DNA from: Ostreococcus lucimarinus
Taxonomy: Eukaryota
Assembly: GCA_000092065.1 (NCBI GenBank)
Contig: CP000596.1
DNA length: 64,000 bases
Strand: one strand, 5' to 3'
Below, in pieces: positions 61,054 to 64,000 of this stretch. The position numbers were made by a program, and so were the translations under genes. Under the pieces are notes generated by a model that was not told the origin of the DNA, made no database searches, and saw only the letters and a program-made list of their open reading frames with translations. Numbering within the stretch: the first letter of the stretch is position 1; each line of letters begins with the position of its first letter.

Positions 61054-61626
61054 ATGACGAGCGAGGACGTGTTGAGGGAGGCGCGCGGGATGCGGGCGCG
61101 GGGCGAGGTGCCGCGGGAGACGACGCTGCTCGCGGCGGTGAATCCGATGCTCGGCGCGTCCGAGGCGGTGCGGATGCTGCGAAAGAGGGAATGCGGCGCG
61201 GATGGATTCATCTCGCAGCCGGCGCTGTTGCAAAATCGGTTCGAGGCGTGGCGGGAGGCGTGCGAAAGAAGCGGCGCGTTGGACGGCTTGGACGGCGGCG
61301 GCGACGGCGCGCTCGCGGGATTGTTTCTGGGCGTGTCCACCGCGAGAACGGCGAAGAGTTTGGAGTTTTGGTATAAACTGACCGGCGTCGACGTCGAGGA
61401 CGCCGATGCGCGCGCGCTTCGCGATGAGTACGTCGAACGCGCGCGGACGATGACGCGGGAACGATTCGACGACTGGACGTTTGAACGCGTCGAGCTCGCC
61501 GCGGTGCACGCCATCTCCTTCGCTCGCGCCTCGGGGTTACACGTCATGCCCGTGACCGCGGGTGGGTACGAGCACGCCGCGCGACTCGCGCGCGACGTTT
61601 TACCGGCGTTTAGGCAAACATCGTAG
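61054..61626 (+). CDS. C-terminal part of a methylenetetrahydrofolate-reductase-like (MTHFR-fold) protein. The true N-terminus probably lies upstream, around 60780, and is unresolved.
   Basis: LLAAVNPMLG...GADGFISQPALLQNRFEAW resembles the MetF region YPExHp...GAdraITQfFFD. The reading frame is open from at least 60780 with no in-frame ATG before 61054. There may be a missing upstream exon, or this may not be a real gene. Confidence 0.3.
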   Translation: MTSEDVLREARGMRARGEVPRETTLLAAVNPMLGASEAVRMLRKRECGADGFISQPALLQNRFEAWREACERSGALDGLDGGGDGALAGLFLGVSTARTAKSLEFWYKLTGVDVEDADARALRDEYVERARTMTRERFDDWTFERVELAAVHAISFARASGLHVMPVTAGGYEHAARLARDVLPAFRQTS

Positions 61627-61968
61627 CGCGCGCGACTCCCCTAGCCTTGTAGCGTCGACGCGTAGTCACAACTTCACACCGACGCGCGCGTCGGCGCGCG
61701 GCGTTCTCGCGCGTGGCCCACTCGCACGATGCGGTTTCTCGTGTACTTTGTCCATCGTCACAACGACTTCAGGTGCGTCGCGCGCGCTCTCTCGCGCGTT
61801 TCGAGTTCGAGTGCACTTTTTGTCCCATCGGTGGCGGCGGAAGTCCCGAACGTCTCGCGCGTCGCACAAAGCGTGAATCGCGACCGCGCGACCGCGAACG
61901 ACTGACAACAATAACGTATTTGCGATTCACGCACGCGCAGGCGCGCAGAGTTTGAATCCGTGGCGGAA

Positions 61969-63378
61969 ATGTGCGGAGTGTCGAACGTGGAGGACTTGGC
62001 GTGGACGCGCGCCGACGGCGGCGACTGCGAAGAGACGCCGTTTTGGTACGTCGAGCTCCCGGACGAGCGCACAGCGCGCGCGATCGCATCGCGCGCGCTG
62101 TTAGTCAAAGCGATTTTAGAGGCGTGGGGTTCGGCGCCGGACGAGGGTGGGCTGCGGGACGCGGTCGCGGCGTACGACGAGTCGCGAAAGACGCCGTATT
62201 TAGCGCCGGGGACGACGTTTAAGGTGGAGGTGGAGGATTTCGGCGTCAGGCGCGGGTCGAAAGACATCTTAAAGCGCGTCGGCGACTTGGGATTGCCGTT
62301 TCTAGGGAAGGCGGATCTTAAGAATCCGGAACATTTATTTTGGAGCGTGGTGAGCGACACGAAGGAGACGCCGAGTTTACCGCAAACGCCGCGGCATTGC
62401 TTCTTCGGGCGCGTCGTCGGTCAGAGCGATCGCTCGACGTTGAAAAGGTACGACTTGAAGCAACGTTCGTATTTAGGGCCGACGAGCATGGACGCGGAGA
62501 TGGCGCTTTTGATGGCGAATTTCGCGCAGGCGCGTCCTGGCGGCGTGATATTAGATCCGTTTTGCGGCACGGGATCAATGCTCGTCGCCGCGGCGCATTA
62601 CGGTGCGATGACGATGGGCATAGACATAGACATTCGCGTCATCAAGCATGGGAAATCGGCGCGCAAGAGCGGCTCGAAGTTTGGCGTAAAAGCGAGCGAT
62701 GGTTCGTCGGTGGACGTGTGGACGAATTTCGCGCAGTACGGTTTGCAACCGCCGGTGGCGTTGTTTGTCGGCGATTTGCACGCGTTGCCGACGCGACGGT
62801 TTGGTTTAGAGGGTACGCTCCAAGGTATCGTCGCCGACCCTCCGTACGGCGTCCGCGCCGGCGGACGCAAAAGCGGTGGGCGCAAACCGCTTCCCGAAGA
62901 CTACGCCATCCCGGAGGAGATGCGAGAAACGCACATTCCGAGCACCGCGCCCTATCCATTCGCCGAGATGAACGACGATTTGATGGAGCTCGCCGCTCGG
63001 TTTCTCTCCATCGGCGGCCGTCTCACGTTCTTCCTCCCCGGTTCCACCGAAGACGCCGAACGAGAGATTCGCGACCTCCCCGCGCACCCGGCGCTTCGCC
63101 TGCGATGGCACTCTCTAGAAACCTTCAACCAAATCTGGGGTCGCCGTCTCGTGACGTACGAAAAAATACACCCCTACGACGTTGAAGTCGCGCGAAAGGC
63201 GCGCGAAGACGCCGTCGCCGCCCGCGCGGCGAGCGACGAGCCGGATTTGATCGAACGGATGCGCGCGTTGGTGTACGACCAAGTCCCCGCCGAGGCGAAG
63301 CGTCGCAAGCGATACGAGAAATTCCACGGCGTGCCTCCGCCAGACGCGCTCACCGAGCGCGCGAGCGCAGAGACGTAA
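61969..63378 (+). CDS. TRM11: tRNA (guanine(10)-N2)-methyltransferase TRM11/TRMT11.
   Basis: SAM motif I ILDPFCGTGSMLVAAAHYGAMTMGIDID. Catalytic GIVADPPYGVRAG (DPPY). The N-terminal THUMP-like region is collinear with human TRMT11. First ATG at 61969; the track start is a GTG at 61960. Confidence 0.8.
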   Translation: MCGVSNVEDLAWTRADGGDCEETPFWYVELPDERTARAIASRALLVKAILEAWGSAPDEGGLRDAVAAYDESRKTPYLAPGTTFKVEVEDFGVRRGSKDILKRVGDLGLPFLGKADLKNPEHLFWSVVSDTKETPSLPQTPRHCFFGRVVGQSDRSTLKRYDLKQRSYLGPTSMDAEMALLMANFAQARPGGVILDPFCGTGSMLVAAAHYGAMTMGIDIDIRVIKHGKSARKSGSKFGVKASDGSSVDVWTNFAQYGLQPPVALFVGDLHALPTRRFGLEGTLQGIVADPPYGVRAGGRKSGGRKPLPEDYAIPEEMRETHIPSTAPYPFAEMNDDLMELAARFLSIGGRLTFFLPGSTEDAEREIRDLPAHPALRLRWHSLETFNQIWGRRLVTYEKIHPYDVEVARKAREDAVAARAASDEPDLIERMRALVYDQVPAEAKRRKRYEKFHGVPPPDALTERASAET

Positions 63379-63785
63379 ATTTACGCGTCACCCACGCGCG
63401 CGCATTAGCCTCGACGCGCGCGCGTCGTAGCTCTAGACTTGAAATTAGCCTCCGCGAATGAAATCTGTCCCGCTCGGCGAATATGTTATCGTTGATAACG
63501 ACCTGCGCTGCAAAGCACCGCGCGCCGGCCTCACCGCGCGCGACCGCCCGCGCGCGCGCCGAGCGCGAGCGCGCGATGCGCGTCGCCGTTTGCGCGCGCG
63601 CGCGCGCGACGCGCGTCGCGCGCGGCGGCGCCAGCGCGTCGAGACCGCCGACCGGTCGAGTTTCAGTCCCGCGCGCGACGCCGCGCCCTGGCCGCGCGAA
63701 CGCGTCTCGAGCGATCGTGATCGCGCGCGCGCGCTCGAGCGCATCGTCCCTGGCGCCGGCGACGACGCGGGCGCCGATCGAGACG

Positions 63786-64000
63786 ATGGATGCGTACGTC
63801 GCGCGCGTGGCGGATTTCGTCCCGCCCGCGGCGTTCGCGGCGACGCTCGGCGCGTTCGCGTTCACGGCGATTGGATTCATGCTCGGGTGTCTGCTGACGC
63901 TCAGAGAGCTCGTGCGCGCGTGTCGCGAGGCGACGCTGGCGTCGCGAGCGGTGCGGAACTGTGCGAATTCGATAGAGGTGTCGTGCGCGAGCGTGGATAG
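63786..64000 (+). CDS. 5' end of a hypothetical membrane protein that continues beyond the window.
   Basis: ATG at 63786: MDAYVARVADFVPPAAFAATLGAFAFTAIGFMLGCLLTL.... It has a coding-like composition, unlike the overlapping R-rich ORF at 63458 in another frame. Confidence 0.3.
   Translation, partial: MDAYVARVADFVPPAAFAATLGAFAFTAIGFMLGCLLTLRELVRACREATLASRAVRNCANSIEVSCASVD

Noticed and set aside
59778-61376. 532-aa plus-strand ORF and 354-aa minus-strand ORF (60445..61509) around the HA-repeat and MTHFR-like genes.
   Set aside because: These are alternative frames dominated by R/A/P. Only the HA-repeat frame (minus) and the MetF-like frame (plus) show domain-like periodic conservation.
1-64000. 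Possibility that this is a bacterial high-GC (e.g. actinobacterial) contig.
   Set aside because: The window contains spliceosomal introns with GT...AG boundaries in eukaryotic cytosolic RPS4/RPS2 genes. It also encodes ARF, AP-4 mu, USP14, SDA1, MON1 and HCCS, all eukaryote-specific. No Shine-Dalgarno or operon organisation is seen.

Overview
This window is nuclear DNA from a GC-rich (about 65%), extremely gene-dense green picoalga, most likely a Mamiellophyceae such as Ostreococcus or Micromonas. It is not prokaryotic: it carries cytosolic ribosomal protein genes (RPS4, RPS2) split by spliceosomal introns with GTGCGT/GTACGT donors and a CTGAC branch point, and many proteins with N-terminal plastid transit-like extensions. 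About 45 protein-coding genes are packed at roughly one per 1.3-1.5 kb. Most are single-exon. Several are in head-to-head pairs separated by only 75-300 bp.

The clearest calls are: a histidine-kinase rhodopsin with rhodopsin, HisKA/HATPase and receiver domains; CPSase small subunit; AP-4 mu; a nucleotide-sugar transporter; transaldolase; a MATE transporter; HCF101; an ARF GTPase; a ClpP-like subunit with the catalytic Ser replaced (ClpR-like); solanesyl-diphosphate synthase; a GT4 glycosyltransferase; a PAF-acetylhydrolase-like lipase; shikimate kinase; an Fcf2/SAP protein; holocytochrome-c synthase; MON1; USP14; a three-exon SDA1; TRM11; an OTU deubiquitinase; a KH-WW protein; and several J-domain proteins.

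The most unusual items are three. First, the histidine-kinase rhodopsin has a Glu counterion, no D96-equivalent, and an apparent pseudo-receiver inserted before the true receiver. Second, an atypical protein kinase is fused to four Cys4 modules with histone-H1-like Lys/Ala linkers. Third, a membrane-anchored rubredoxin can only be modelled with an intron that the ORF track misses.

The ORF track accepts GTG/TTG/CTG starts, and high GC3 produces many long spurious antisense ORFs. Starts were re-anchored to the first ATG where I could check, and antisense ORFs were rejected. No rRNA, tRNA, transposon or CRISPR-like structure was recognised. Coordinates of splice sites and starts were derived by hand and may be off by a few bases.
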